From NCBI GenBank assembly GCA_964270895.1, contig OZ185440.1: a stretch of 64,000 bases of DNA; one strand, 5' to 3'. The notes beneath the pieces are model-generated. The model did not search any database. It was not told where the DNA came from and saw only the letters and a list, made by a program, of their open reading frames with translations. This document shows, in pieces, positions 47,630 to 58,700 of this stretch (position 1 is its first letter; every line of letters begins with the position of its first letter). A program made the translations under genes and the position numbers. Source of the DNA: Podarcis filfolensis. Lineage: Eukaryota.

Positions 47630-49639
47630 CTGGATGGGAGGCAAGAAAAGAGAAATTAGTATTACGGTATACTACTTCCGCTTGAAGTTCAGTAGGTGCT
47701 CAGTTGATCTTTTTTTTAAAAAAAAAAAAGGCTGGAAATGATAGTTGTCAGGTTTTAGGAGCAATGGGATTGTTCTGGGATTAATGGGCAAGGAGCAGAG
47801 GATCACAACAGGGCGACAATCTCATTGGGGGGGAAATCCTGATCAGAAATAGCGTGTATTTCTGGTTGAACAAGAGCTTGTTGCAAAGATGAGATGATGC
47901 ACACAAAATTATAGCGACCTATCTACATACTAGTTGTTTGTAAAAGTGATGCGTAGGATTTGTATGTGACTAGGGCTGCAATGTTTAAATCCCTGGACTG
48001 CTCAGACTGAATTTTTACAATGCAATCTTATGCTTGCCTTCTCAGAAGGAAGCCCCATTGAGTTCAATGAAACTTGTTCCCAGGCAACTGCTTATAGGAC
48101 CGAACCCTTAATCCACTCAAAAGAATTGTTTGTAACTGGAAATATTGATTTAAAAAACTCTCTTATATGAGAAAAAGCCTCTAAAAAAGTATCTGCTACC
48201 ACATGTGCATGCATTATGTAAAAAGAAAACAAGAAAGTACAATTATTCTGTCAGATTTTAACTGATAAATTTGATGGAAGCATGCACAATGCATCAGGTG
48301 AGGCTGCAATCCTATATACTCATGTGGGACCAATTCCATGAGGTTTACATCCAAGCAGGCATACATAGCATTGCACTGTGAGCTACACCTGCAGCTTGAA
48401 GAGACCCAGACCAGGTTAAAAGCTTTAACAATGGATTTTGCAGAACGCTCCCTGGATGCAGCTACAGCGAGCCAGTTACTATGCATCATTTACGCAAGTG
48501 ATTATATGTTAATAGGACTCTACATCATTTTATGGATAAGTACACAGAAATTATGGGATTTGGACAAGCTTTTTACATAGCTTGAGATGGTTCATTCCCC
48601 CCCCCCTTTTGTAAAATCCCTAAACTCATTACTAGGCATTAACATCAAAGCATGGTATTTTAAACAGTTCACGTGGGTAATGCTATCATAGAACGGCTAT
48701 GTAATCTAATTCTGCTGTGTGTCTTAATGCTTTACTATCATTAGATATGAAAGGGGGCCCTATGGATCAGGAATGGCCGACTTCTGTATTCACAAGAGCT
48801 ATCCTATTCCCCTATCCCTGGTTCAGCCACTGCAGTGTCGTCCCCCCCCCCCACACTACAATCCCTTCACAGGTGGTTGAGCACCACAAAGCCACAAGAG
48901 CTCCACCAAAGCAGTTGTGTACGGGCAACACAGCAAAAGATATTAAATCCAAAATATCTCAGTGTCAAAACACCTTTAAAATCATATCTTGACTGAAATG
49001 TGGGTTGCAGGAAGACACAAAAACCGCTTGTGGGTTCAGTATGGTTCAGATGGCACCAGCTAAACAATCATCACCTAAATTGATGATAGAAGAAACGGAA
49101 TCAGAATCGGGTAGGGATGTGGCGCAGGACTACAAGGACTGCCTGTCTCCATATAAACCCACTCAGACCCTGCAATCACCATCTGAGGCCCTCCACGAGA
49201 GGTCCAGAGGGTGGCAACACAAGAGCAGGCCTTTTCTGCAGTGGCTCCCCATCTGTGGAATGCTTTTCTCAGAGAGTTTCGCCTGGTTCCTTCATTACAC
49301 ACCTTTAGGCACCAGGCAAAAATGTTCCTTTTTAACCAGGCCTTTAACTGACATCCAATACCCTTTTGAATATGTTGTGGGATTATTGGTTTGCTTTTGT
49401 TCTTTTTATTATATATTTTGTTCTTTTTTATGTTGTTAACCACCCTGAGATCTATGGAGGACTTAATTTTGACACAAACAAGAGGGCAGCTGTAGCTCAT
49501 GCTTCCTTCTCCTTTATTCCATATAGTGTCTGGACCGAATGAGCAAAACGTGCACAACCTAGCTCTGGTTGGAGACACTGAAACTGCACTCTGGCAGGCT
49601 TCAGTTTGCTCTTTACAACATTGGTGTCCACGGGAAACA

Positions 49640-49882
49640 ATGAACTGAGTGCTGGTGCAACAATTATGAGTGTTGGATGAGGATGAGGGAGACTTGGGTT
49701 CAAATCCTCATTCATCCATGAAGCTCACACTGTGTCCTTGGGTGGGTTGCTATATCTCAGCCTCACTTACGACAAAGTGTTGCTGTGGGGATAAAAGGGG
49801 GAGGGGGAGGAGGAATCATGTATGATGCCTGTATCTCCTCAGAAGAAAAGGGGAGATATAAATGTAGTAAATAAATAAAATA
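49640..49882 (+). mobile_element. MIR/CORE-like SINE remnant
   Basis: GGGTTCAAATCC B-box, TGTGTCCTTGGG..CTCAGCCTCAC core, AATAAATAAA tail; reverse-oriented relative at ~52112-52258. Confidence 0.55.
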
Positions 49883-50225
49883 ACTGCAGTACAAAACATG
49901 TCCCTCATCAGAGAATGGTTGGACCAGGCAGGCCTGGACTTGTTAAAAAAATGCCTAACTTAAATCAAATCTTTTACAGGATTCACCCTGTACAAAACCC
50001 ACCAGGCTTTTTAAAGCTTATCCCTTGAGAACATTCCCCTTCCATTGCCAACAGGGAGGAAATGAGGCTAGACTATTTGGCCCATGCACTTTGAGAGGCC
50101 AACCTAAGATTCCATGGTACAGGTAAAATAGCAGAGGACTTTATCAGCCCATGGATGAGCTCAGTGACCTGGGAGCCCTTTGCATGGCCCTCCCCCAAAC
50201 TCCCTCAAGTGAGAAGCAGGTGAAC

Positions 50226-50359
50226 CTGTATCTGCTCAAAGGGGATTTCAAAGCTGAACGACTCGTTGAAATAGGGGTTCAGAGTCTTCTTCTTGACGGT
50301 GGTCTTCTTCTTCTTGAGCCTCTTGCCATTCTGCAGCAGGTGGATCTTCACATAGGGAT
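50226..50359 (-). CDS. SYT2: SYT2 C2B exon ([45 protein letters not shown])
   Basis: TTTTCAG|AT acceptor; polybasic KRLKKKK patch; donor CAG|GTTCAC (weak); 134 nt keeps frame. Confidence 0.96.
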
Positions 50360-50654
50360 CTGAAAAGCAAGGCTAAGCAGTTCAGACTTTGCAGGCAGCT
50401 AACACACACTGAAAGGAAACCTCAAGGGGAAACAGCTAGGAATTAGCCATGGTGCACAGAGGAACAGGACAGAGATGCCATTAACTTTTTGCTCCATAAT
50501 CCGGAATCGTTGGTCGTTTAGAGCCACTTATGTAGGATGCATTTCTGTGGATCCTCCTCCTCTTCCCAGAGAGTCTTTATCTCTTTGTAAAAGCTCAAGA
50601 TACCCACCAACTTGGGATAAGAGGATTAGACAAATGCATGGAGCACAAGGCTAC

Positions 50655-50830
50655 CAGCAATGATGGCCACGCTCTACTTCCACCGTGTGGAATCACAAGT
50701 GGGGAAAGTGCTTCCCTCAGCTCAGGGGATGCTTGTGGGCTTCCCATAGGCATCTGGTTTGCCACTGTGAGAACAGGATGCTGGACTAGATGAGCCTTTG
50801 GCCTGACCCAGCAGGTTTTCCTCACGTCCT
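50655..50830 (+). mobile_element. SINE/CR1-type 3' fragment (related copies ~59232-59340, ~59575-59741)
   Basis: Shared motif CCACTGTGAGAACAGGATGCTGGACTAGATG..CC.TTGGCCTGA.CCAGCAGG in three places. Confidence 0.65.
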
Positions 50831-51301
50831 GGGGCAGCATAAGGCTGGTTCACGCTTCTCTAGTGGAATGGCTGACATCTCAAGATTGAAATGGCCACAG
50901 TCCCATGCAGGAAGCTGATGGAAGCAACTTTCCATACAGTTGCAGGTATTTCAACTACACCAGTACAACTCTCCCTTTTGGGGCAGGGGGGTCAAGAAGC
51001 CATAGATATAAATGGTCACAGCCATATGGGAAGCTGCCCAATGCTCACAGCACACGTTTCATTTTCAAGTAGCATCCATGCAGCTGGTGTCACTCAGACT
51101 TAAGCAATGTGAGGCCAAGGACACCTTCCCCCCCCAAAAAAGAACTATGAGACCTTAGGCTGAAGGGCAGGTAAAAAAAACACCAAATCAAAATAAAATA
51201 ATTGAATAATATAGAGGAAGAGGAAGAAGCAGCATTTTGGCAGGTGTGGGTTATACATTCATATTACAAAGCAATGAAAGTAAGAACTACTTTATGCCTC
51301 A

Positions 51302-51502
<201 letters not shown>

Positions 51503-52111
51503 TCAAGGGAAACAGGGAGAGCAATGAAATCTGGAGTTCTACTCAGCGCCAATAAAAGTTCAGAGTCCTAAGTCATGGCATAACACAACTGCCCTATTCA
51601 CACTGCCCCTTCTCACCGTCTAGCAGACAAATAATTTGAATGTTGCCCTGTCATTACAACTATGGCCACCATCGCCTCCTCCAGCCAGGAAAGCAAAGGA
51701 CCTGGTGTCAGGAGCAGGAGTAACATCTGACACCTTCCTTATGTTGCCTGTCACATGCTGAAGATGCACCTCTTTATCTTGGCCTTTGACATTTGAGATA
51801 TATACTTTAAGGACCATCCTATTCGCTTGACTGTAATTTGCTTCTAACTTATTTTAATATTGCATTTATAAATTGCTGTAACCCACCCTGGGACTTTATG
51901 GTGAAGGGTGGGTGAGAAATTGAATAAATAACAGCAAGATTATTCCATATTTTGGTACGCTTATACACAGGCATTAATACTAAAACCAGAGGAACAGCGG
52001 ACAATACATTCAAAGTACAATGAGCTGTCTTTATGCATTTTTAGTTATTATTACATTTAGATCTCCCCGTTCCTTCAAGGGGTCAAGGTGACATAAATTT
52101 ATTACCTTCTC

Positions 52112-52258
52112 TATGTTATCTTCACAGCAACCCTGTGAGGTAGGTTAGGCTGAGAGATAGCGACTGGCTCAAAATGACCCAGAGGGTTCCTGACTGAGTG
52201 AGCCTCCCCTGGTTTTACAGGTCCTAGTCCAACGCACTAACCTCTATACCACACAGGC
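52112..52258 (-). mobile_element. MIR/CORE-like SINE remnant, reverse orientation
   Basis: CACAGCAACCCTGTGAGGTAGGTTAGGCTGAGAG...GGTCCTAGTCCAAC..CTAACC.CTATACCAC. Confidence 0.6.
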
Positions 52259-52918
52259 TGGATGCACAGCTCCAGTCTAAGGCAGGAGGAATAACAAGTT
52301 CCTCCACCCCTCGGAAATCATTGAGGTGAGAAACCCCATAATGATGTTAAGATCTATTTCCTGAAAAGTAATAAATAGCCAATTTTGGACTCAACATTGT
52401 TTATATGTAGTTAGGGTTTAGGGATTCCCCACCATCACAAACGCACACACCAATATGCATCACTTTTGACTTATGAATGCTACATTTTTTTTAATCCAAG
52501 ACCTTATTCTTCCAACTAGGCAGTAGAGAACTTGGTTTTTAGACTTGACCAATCAGTTTCCATTCCTTAGATACTGACAAGAGGCAAGTGATCTTCCACA
52601 AAGACCACTTAGTAGCAGAAGGCTGAGGTGCAGAGATGCTCTGCTGAGAGACTGAGGGTTTCCTTAAAGAAGGCAGCTCAGCCCAGCAAGAACCTAAGCC
52701 TTCTAAATCTGCATTTCTCCAATGCCAACCTCCTACCAAAGACCTCCGGAAACTTAGCAAAATTCACCTTCTGTGTGGGGCTCCTTCATGCAGTGCTAAG
52801 TATCACTACCCACATTTGCACAGCTGAGGTAAAAAAAAAGCAGTAACGTAATTGAAAAAAACAGCAGCAAAAGGCAACGAAAGAAAACAAGATGCTTCCA
52901 GTTCCATCAGCTCCTTAC

Positions 52919-53086
52919 CTCCTCTTTTTCTGCACTCTCCAGATCCCTCCATTCTTCAATGGGCTGCCCCAGGTCCACCGTGTTCATGGGCACCTTGACT
53001 TCTCCAATGATGTCATGTTTGGAGAAACGGTCAAAGTCATAGATAGCCATCACCAACGTCTTGCCACCCAGCTCCTGATATGGAAT
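52919..53086 (-). CDS. SYT2: SYT2 C2A exon ([56 protein letters not shown])
   Basis: AACAG|ATT acceptor, GAG|GTAAGG donor; [10 protein letters not shown] Ca2+-binding loop. Confidence 0.97.
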
Positions 53087-53343
53087 CTGTTACACAGAAC
53101 AGAGGACTGAGGTTCAATAACTGCTTTGGCACCCGGAACAAACTCTCTTAAGAGGCTGTTGGAATAATCTTGCCCAATAATACATTTTGTTTCGATTGCC
53201 AGTAATTTCCCCCCATTTTTCTCCGAGCGACACTGGGTATTGCTCCCTGCAGTACTTCTTTCTTTCTCTCTGGGGGCTACCACAAATATGTCAGTGTGCC
53301 GTATATCCTCTGCAGAGGATGCCTAGGCCAACAGAAGTCTCAC

Positions 53344-53511
53344 CTTGAAGACAAAGGTCTCATTGTAGGTTGGGTTAAGGGTCTTCTTTTGCACTTTGGT
53401 CTCAAACTTCTTTTTCTTGTCAGGAAGCAGGAAGACTTTGACGTAAGGGTCAGATGTGCCCCCCATGTCCAGTGCTGGGAGCTCAGCTGCTTGGAGGATC
53501 CCTACTGTGAG
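53344..53511 (-). CDS. SYT2: SYT2 C2A exon ([56 protein letters not shown])
   Basis: GACAG|CTC acceptor, AAG|GTGAGA donor; DMGGTSD loop. Confidence 0.97.
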
Positions 53512-54896
53512 CTGTCAGGGAAAAATAGGTCTTAGGAAATGAAATGGCTTTGCAAGGCCACATGCCAAACAGCACAATGCATAGAGAAGGAAATTGGCCT
53601 CAGAACTAATATGAACTGTCACCTTCCTTCTGCTCTTGCTAGATGCCCTACGTTGTCCTTCTCTTTTGTGTTACACTCACAGGTGTTATTCTTCAATTCG
53701 CCTAGCAATACCATCTTATTTAGTTTAGTTTATTGCTATGATATATAAAATACATAACTGTACAGTGTAAACCGCCCTAGGAAGAAGGGCAGTATAGTAA
53801 TTTAATAAGTGAAATAATGACGAAGAATGAAAAGCAGCAACTAACCATGTGTTCCTTTTTCATTATGCTTGCAATAAATACGGAGACTACCCTTCTGTAA
53901 CATTGAAACAAACCATGATTCAGCCCAAACAAGCAGTCTCTGGGAGAGATTTCGGCCAGTCCTTCTGGTTGCTTTGCTGCTCTACCAAACTGAGCCAAGC
54001 CATGATTTCACTTAACATATCATCCAAACTTGTATTTGTAGCTCAGCCTTGCCTGATAAACCATGAGCTACAAACCACAAGGCAAACTTCGGTTAAAGCT
54101 CATTATTTGTTGAGAAACCAAAACTGCAAGCCAGGCTTGGATAAGATGCTAAGCCAAACCACATCTTTGACTAGTGCACCAGCTAAACAACCAGAGGAGC
54201 CAAGCAACTTCAATCATTTTTCTGGAGCTTACACATTTTGTCATGCTAACCCATTATGTTTGGCTTAGCACCATGCACAAACTGGGCCTATAAATCCACT
54301 GGCCACTATGTCATGCCCATGAAGCTGATTATCTCATTGACCATCAAGAGATAGCCATTCACATTACTTCTTACAAATAAAAGTATACTGGGAAAGTACC
54401 ATTATTCCATCACCTGGTTTGTAAAAGAAAAAGAGCATAAAATTGCATGCCACTGTTTTTGAAGGAAAAACAGTGTGTGGAGAGAGAATTTGGAATGGGA
54501 GAAGGGGATGTTTAATCTTTTTCTAACCTCAACTTCCCTGCTCCAAATAACTCTTCTTTCACACACACAAGCTCCTTCACCTGGTACAATTGTGAGGGTA
54601 AAAATCAGCTTTAGGGGGGCCTGTAGTGGAAAAGCTGTGGGCAGGGAAAGAGCAAAGCTTCTCTTTCACATATACTGCTTCTCAACAATACTGCCATCTC
54701 GCTGAAGCTGCTTTCCCTCAAAATCAAAATGGCACTGAGGCTCTCTGACATGTGTGGCTAAATAACACACAGCTACCAACTGTGTTAACTGCTTCTGCTA
54801 TCACTGTACTCCCATTGGGTGACATCTCTCCAACAGCTTTGGGTGCATAGCCTTTCCCCTTCTCTCTCGCCCCACCTATTCATTTGGGTGCCTTAC

Positions 54897-55025
54897 CTGG
54901 TTAGCCTGGAAGTCATAGTCTAGGGAGAACTGCAGCTTGCCCAGGTTCTCTGGTTCCTTCTCCTCTTCCTGTTCCCCCTCTCCTTCCCCTTCTTCTTCAT
55001 CATCATCGTCATCATCCTGTTTGTC
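54897..55025 (-). CDS. SYT2: SYT2 linker / C2A start exon ([43 protein letters not shown])
   Basis: CTTCTCTTCCAG|GAC acceptor (second in-frame CAG 9 nt downstream), CAG|GTAAGG donor; [20 protein letters not shown] is SYT2-specific. Confidence 0.95.
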
Positions 55026-55308
55026 CTGGAAGAGAAGCAATACCATAATGTTTTGCACAGGAACACCATGCACTGAGAACCTAGTTCCCCTTCACACATG
55101 CGTATCCTTTCTCCCATACCTTGCCTAAGCACTGAAATGCATGTACATAATCTATAAAGCGTTACTTCAGGAGTAGGAAAAGGAGAGTTGGCGAAAGAGG
55201 AGCCTAAGGTTCCTTATCAGTATTTTGCTCATAATTTTGGGTCTCTCTCTGACTTCAGTCATCACCACACAGGCTGGGCACATGTTTATTCCAGTCACGA
55301 CAAAGAGT

Positions 55309-55790
55309 TAAAAATTTCTAGATACCCTAAATGACGGAATCATTGAAAAGTTGGGTAGAAGGGTGACGGTCCTGGACTTAATCTTAAGTGGTGCCCAGAA
55401 CCTGGTACATGATATAAGGGTTGTTGGACCAGATAGTAACAGTAACCCTAGTGGTGAAAAAGTCAACATATATGTCAGTGGGCAAAGCCCAACTTTGAAG
55501 GAGGAAATTCCCCCAAAATGAGGGGACTGGTAAAAAGGGAAGTTGAAAGGGAAAGTCAAGAGGCGTCAAAACTATCTAAAATTCTTGGAGGTAGGGATTG
55601 TTCAAAACTAGAAGTTCGGCTAGACTGCATACAGATCAGGGAAGATGCCCCCAGAGCAACGAGGAGGCCAGCAGAGTCAAGGAAGCTATCCAAAAGGCTT
55701 CCTTCAGAAAATGGAAGCCTTCGCCAAAGGAAGAGAACAAAAAGGAACACGAATTTTGGCAAAAGAAACGAAGGCAGATGGTGGCCTGGT
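55309..55790 (+). mobile_element. CR1 LINE ORF2 fragment (endonuclease end / linker), antisense in a SYT2 intron
   Basis: Broken frames read KFLDTLND, VLDLILSGAQNLVHDIRVVGP, FPKMRGLVKR and VKEAIQKASFRKWKPSPKEENKKEHEFWQKK, typical of CR1 ORF2. Confidence 0.85.
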
Positions 55791-58700
55791 TCACATGTCA
55801 CAATAAGGCAAACCATGGCTTGATGTGAAGGTGTGAACATGTCGAGCTCACAACGACTTTCCTCCTCCCTGGTCCTTCTTGCTCCCTGCTGAGGTTTGGC
55901 ATTATGTGGCACCTGCAGTAGTGCCTATCCAGTAGCACCTGGATTTTGATGCATTTAAAATTGCACTTTGTTAGTAATGGTTTTGTTCTGTTTTATGTGG
56001 TGTTTTTATTGCATATTTTTATTTAACTGTCTATTGCCTTGGAGGGATTAATGAATTAATCATCATAATCTACTACAGAGATTATAGGCCTGAGGCCATC
56101 CAAATGTTGATGACCTCACATCAATCCCAGGCATGTGGTCAGGGATGAGAGATGAGAGTCCCGCTTTATCTGGAGAGCCACGGGTCTCCTATCCCTGGTC
56201 TATTGGATAGCAGATTTAGTGAAAGGAAGAGACAGAACCCACGGCTCAGTTATGACTATTGTTAATTGCACTTTAAACTAACCTTGGGCTATTGTGGCCA
56301 GTGAAGTTTACTCTGGTTTGTAAACGGTTTCTGTTGTTTCTGTTGCAAATAAAAGTCTATTTCTTGGATGCCTAAAATTTCTTACTGTTGATTTTTATTA
56401 TTACATGCTGTATTTAATATTGATTTGCTTGTAAGCTGCCCAGTATATATATTGATAAGCTGCTACATAAATTTAACACCTCAGTAATTTTCTGCATAAA
56501 TGCTGAATGCTCTGACTTTCAGAATATAAAGATTAGATTTCCGGCAACTGTGAACTCTGAGAGATTTCAAGGAGAACAGTGTAAGCAATGGAACTGTTGT
56601 TATCTGGTTTGTGTACAAAGGGGACCAATCTATGGCAAGAGGATTATGGGAAGTGGGGTTGCCATGATGCAGCAGGGGGAGGAGCCTGGCTGTTCAGTAG
56701 CTTTAATGAGAGGGTGGCTGGTGCTCACTAAGGGATTGGTGCCTAGGAAATGAAACAGGGGCTTCACCTAAATCCAATATTCTCCTTTTGTACCTTGCAT
56801 AAAACAAATGGGACTGGAACACTCACACATTTGTATGCATGCATACACACCCTCAATGTACATGTTATTCATTAAAGCAATTCACATATTTAAAATGAAA
56901 TATGTTGATCTAACTTGGTCAAATGTACTGTATATTTTCAAACTAGTTCTTTCCCCACAAAATTCTTGCAAACACAATCAGGTCACCGATACATGCAAAT
57001 TCATTCAGAGTTTCATTTCGCCTTGTGGAGTTTATCCACACACTTTCTTGTCCCACTGCTTCCCCCCTGATCTTTACTGCTTAATCAGAGCAAACTGCAA
57101 TTGGGTTTTCCACATATTGCTGTTTGCTCCGATTTAAAGCTAAAGAGCAATATTTCCCTGGGAAAGGAGCAAGCGGGAAACCGCTCAGCTCAGGCACAGG
57201 CCAAGCGGAAGTATGGACAAGTCTGTTGTCTTGACAGAGAAACTGATCTGCTAAAACACTCATTTGATGATGCACATTATCCAACAATTAACACAAAACA
57301 GACTTTGCACTCAACCTCATTTACAACTGGGTAGATTTGCAGGAATTTAATGTCCCCTCAACCAAAATGTGTAAGAAAAATTTGTTTACCTTCCCCAGTA
57401 TAAGTCCCATATCACAATTAACTCCACCATCTTAACAAAGCCTGCGTAGAACTTTGAACTGTGTGTTAGTTAAACCCTCTTCCCTTGTCCCTTTAAGCCT
57501 AAAAGGGAAGCGACGTTTGCATCAGGACCTACCGTGAGTTGACATCCAGGTTAGTCAGATAAGATGGAGACAGAACAACACAGAAGGAGAGCAACGAGAG
57601 CACAGAGAAGGAAGAGAAGGGCATTATAGAGACAAAAACTGCACACATCATCAACAACACCTAGTGCTCCTGAGAAACCACAGACTCCATACCTTCAAAA
57701 TGTATGCTGTATGGGGGACTGGGTAATTACAATTTCAAGAAACCATTTTGGGGGTGGGGTGAAGGACTAACTACGCATTACATTAAGCTAGTTGTTTCAG
57801 TTTGAAAGAAAAGCATCTGTGTGGGAAGCTGACTCAGATCATGTTCCTGATCCAAATTGGGACCATGCACTAATTTCCCACTGGAAGTCACACCCCTGGT
57901 TGTAATTTCCCACTGCAGGTCTTGTTTGCTGAAAATTGCATGGGCCCTCAAACTGGACTGGGAGCTTTTCCTTCAAAACAGAAGCTGCCATTCTGGGGTT
58001 GCTTCTTTTTTTAAAAAAAAAGTGGTGCGCATTTTGTCCCTTGTAACACAGCTGTATCTGCACTCATGTTCATTTTGCTTAGAAGGGTGCAAACAATGTC
58101 ATTTGCCACTGTGTGTTTTGAATCAGCCAATTTCTTCTCCCCACTTTATTGTAAATTGTCTCACAAAACTGAATGAAGGTAACTACTGGACCTGGATTTC
58201 TCTGGAACCTGAAAAGCACAGAAGTACATAGGGGAAAAGAGAAAGACAGAGAGAAAGAGAAAACATGATTTTCTATGCACATTAGTAACTTAGGGACTGC
58301 ATATTTGCCTCTGCTTCTAGAACAACATCAAAGAACAAAAAATAAAATGCAAAGAAAAGACACATAGCTGTTGTAATGATCCTGCTAAGAGGGTGCGGTC
58401 TAGTGCTTCCAGAGACTTATAGACAGAAAAAGCTCCAATACTGTCTGTTGCTATTGGCATTCATCCTCTGTTTGAAGCAGAAGATATACAGTCACTGGCC
58501 TGGTTTGCATAAACTATGGCTTAGCCCAAATGTGGGAACTATTGTAAAGAGAGTTACACTCATTGACACTTTGCTCTTCCCCAGGCATTTTGCTGGTGCA
58601 CCAGGACTCATGGTTTAACTATCTCCAGACTAATCATGAATGGTAACCAAGGCTTGTCCTATGGCTTATGGCTCATGGTTCATTTGGGGAGCAGCAAAAT

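Noticed and set aside
49005-49578. 144-aa and 167-aa ORFs in the last SYT2 intron
   Set aside because: Low-complexity composition, no homology I recognise, partly overlapping repeat remnants.
52379-52388. Perfect CArG box CCAATTTTGG
   Set aside because: Isolated, in a SYT2 intron ~49 kb from the muscle promoter; one such 10-mer is expected by chance in 64 kb.
54937-55128. Poly-serine ORF on the plus strand
   Set aside because: Antisense shadow of the acidic SYT2 linker codons.
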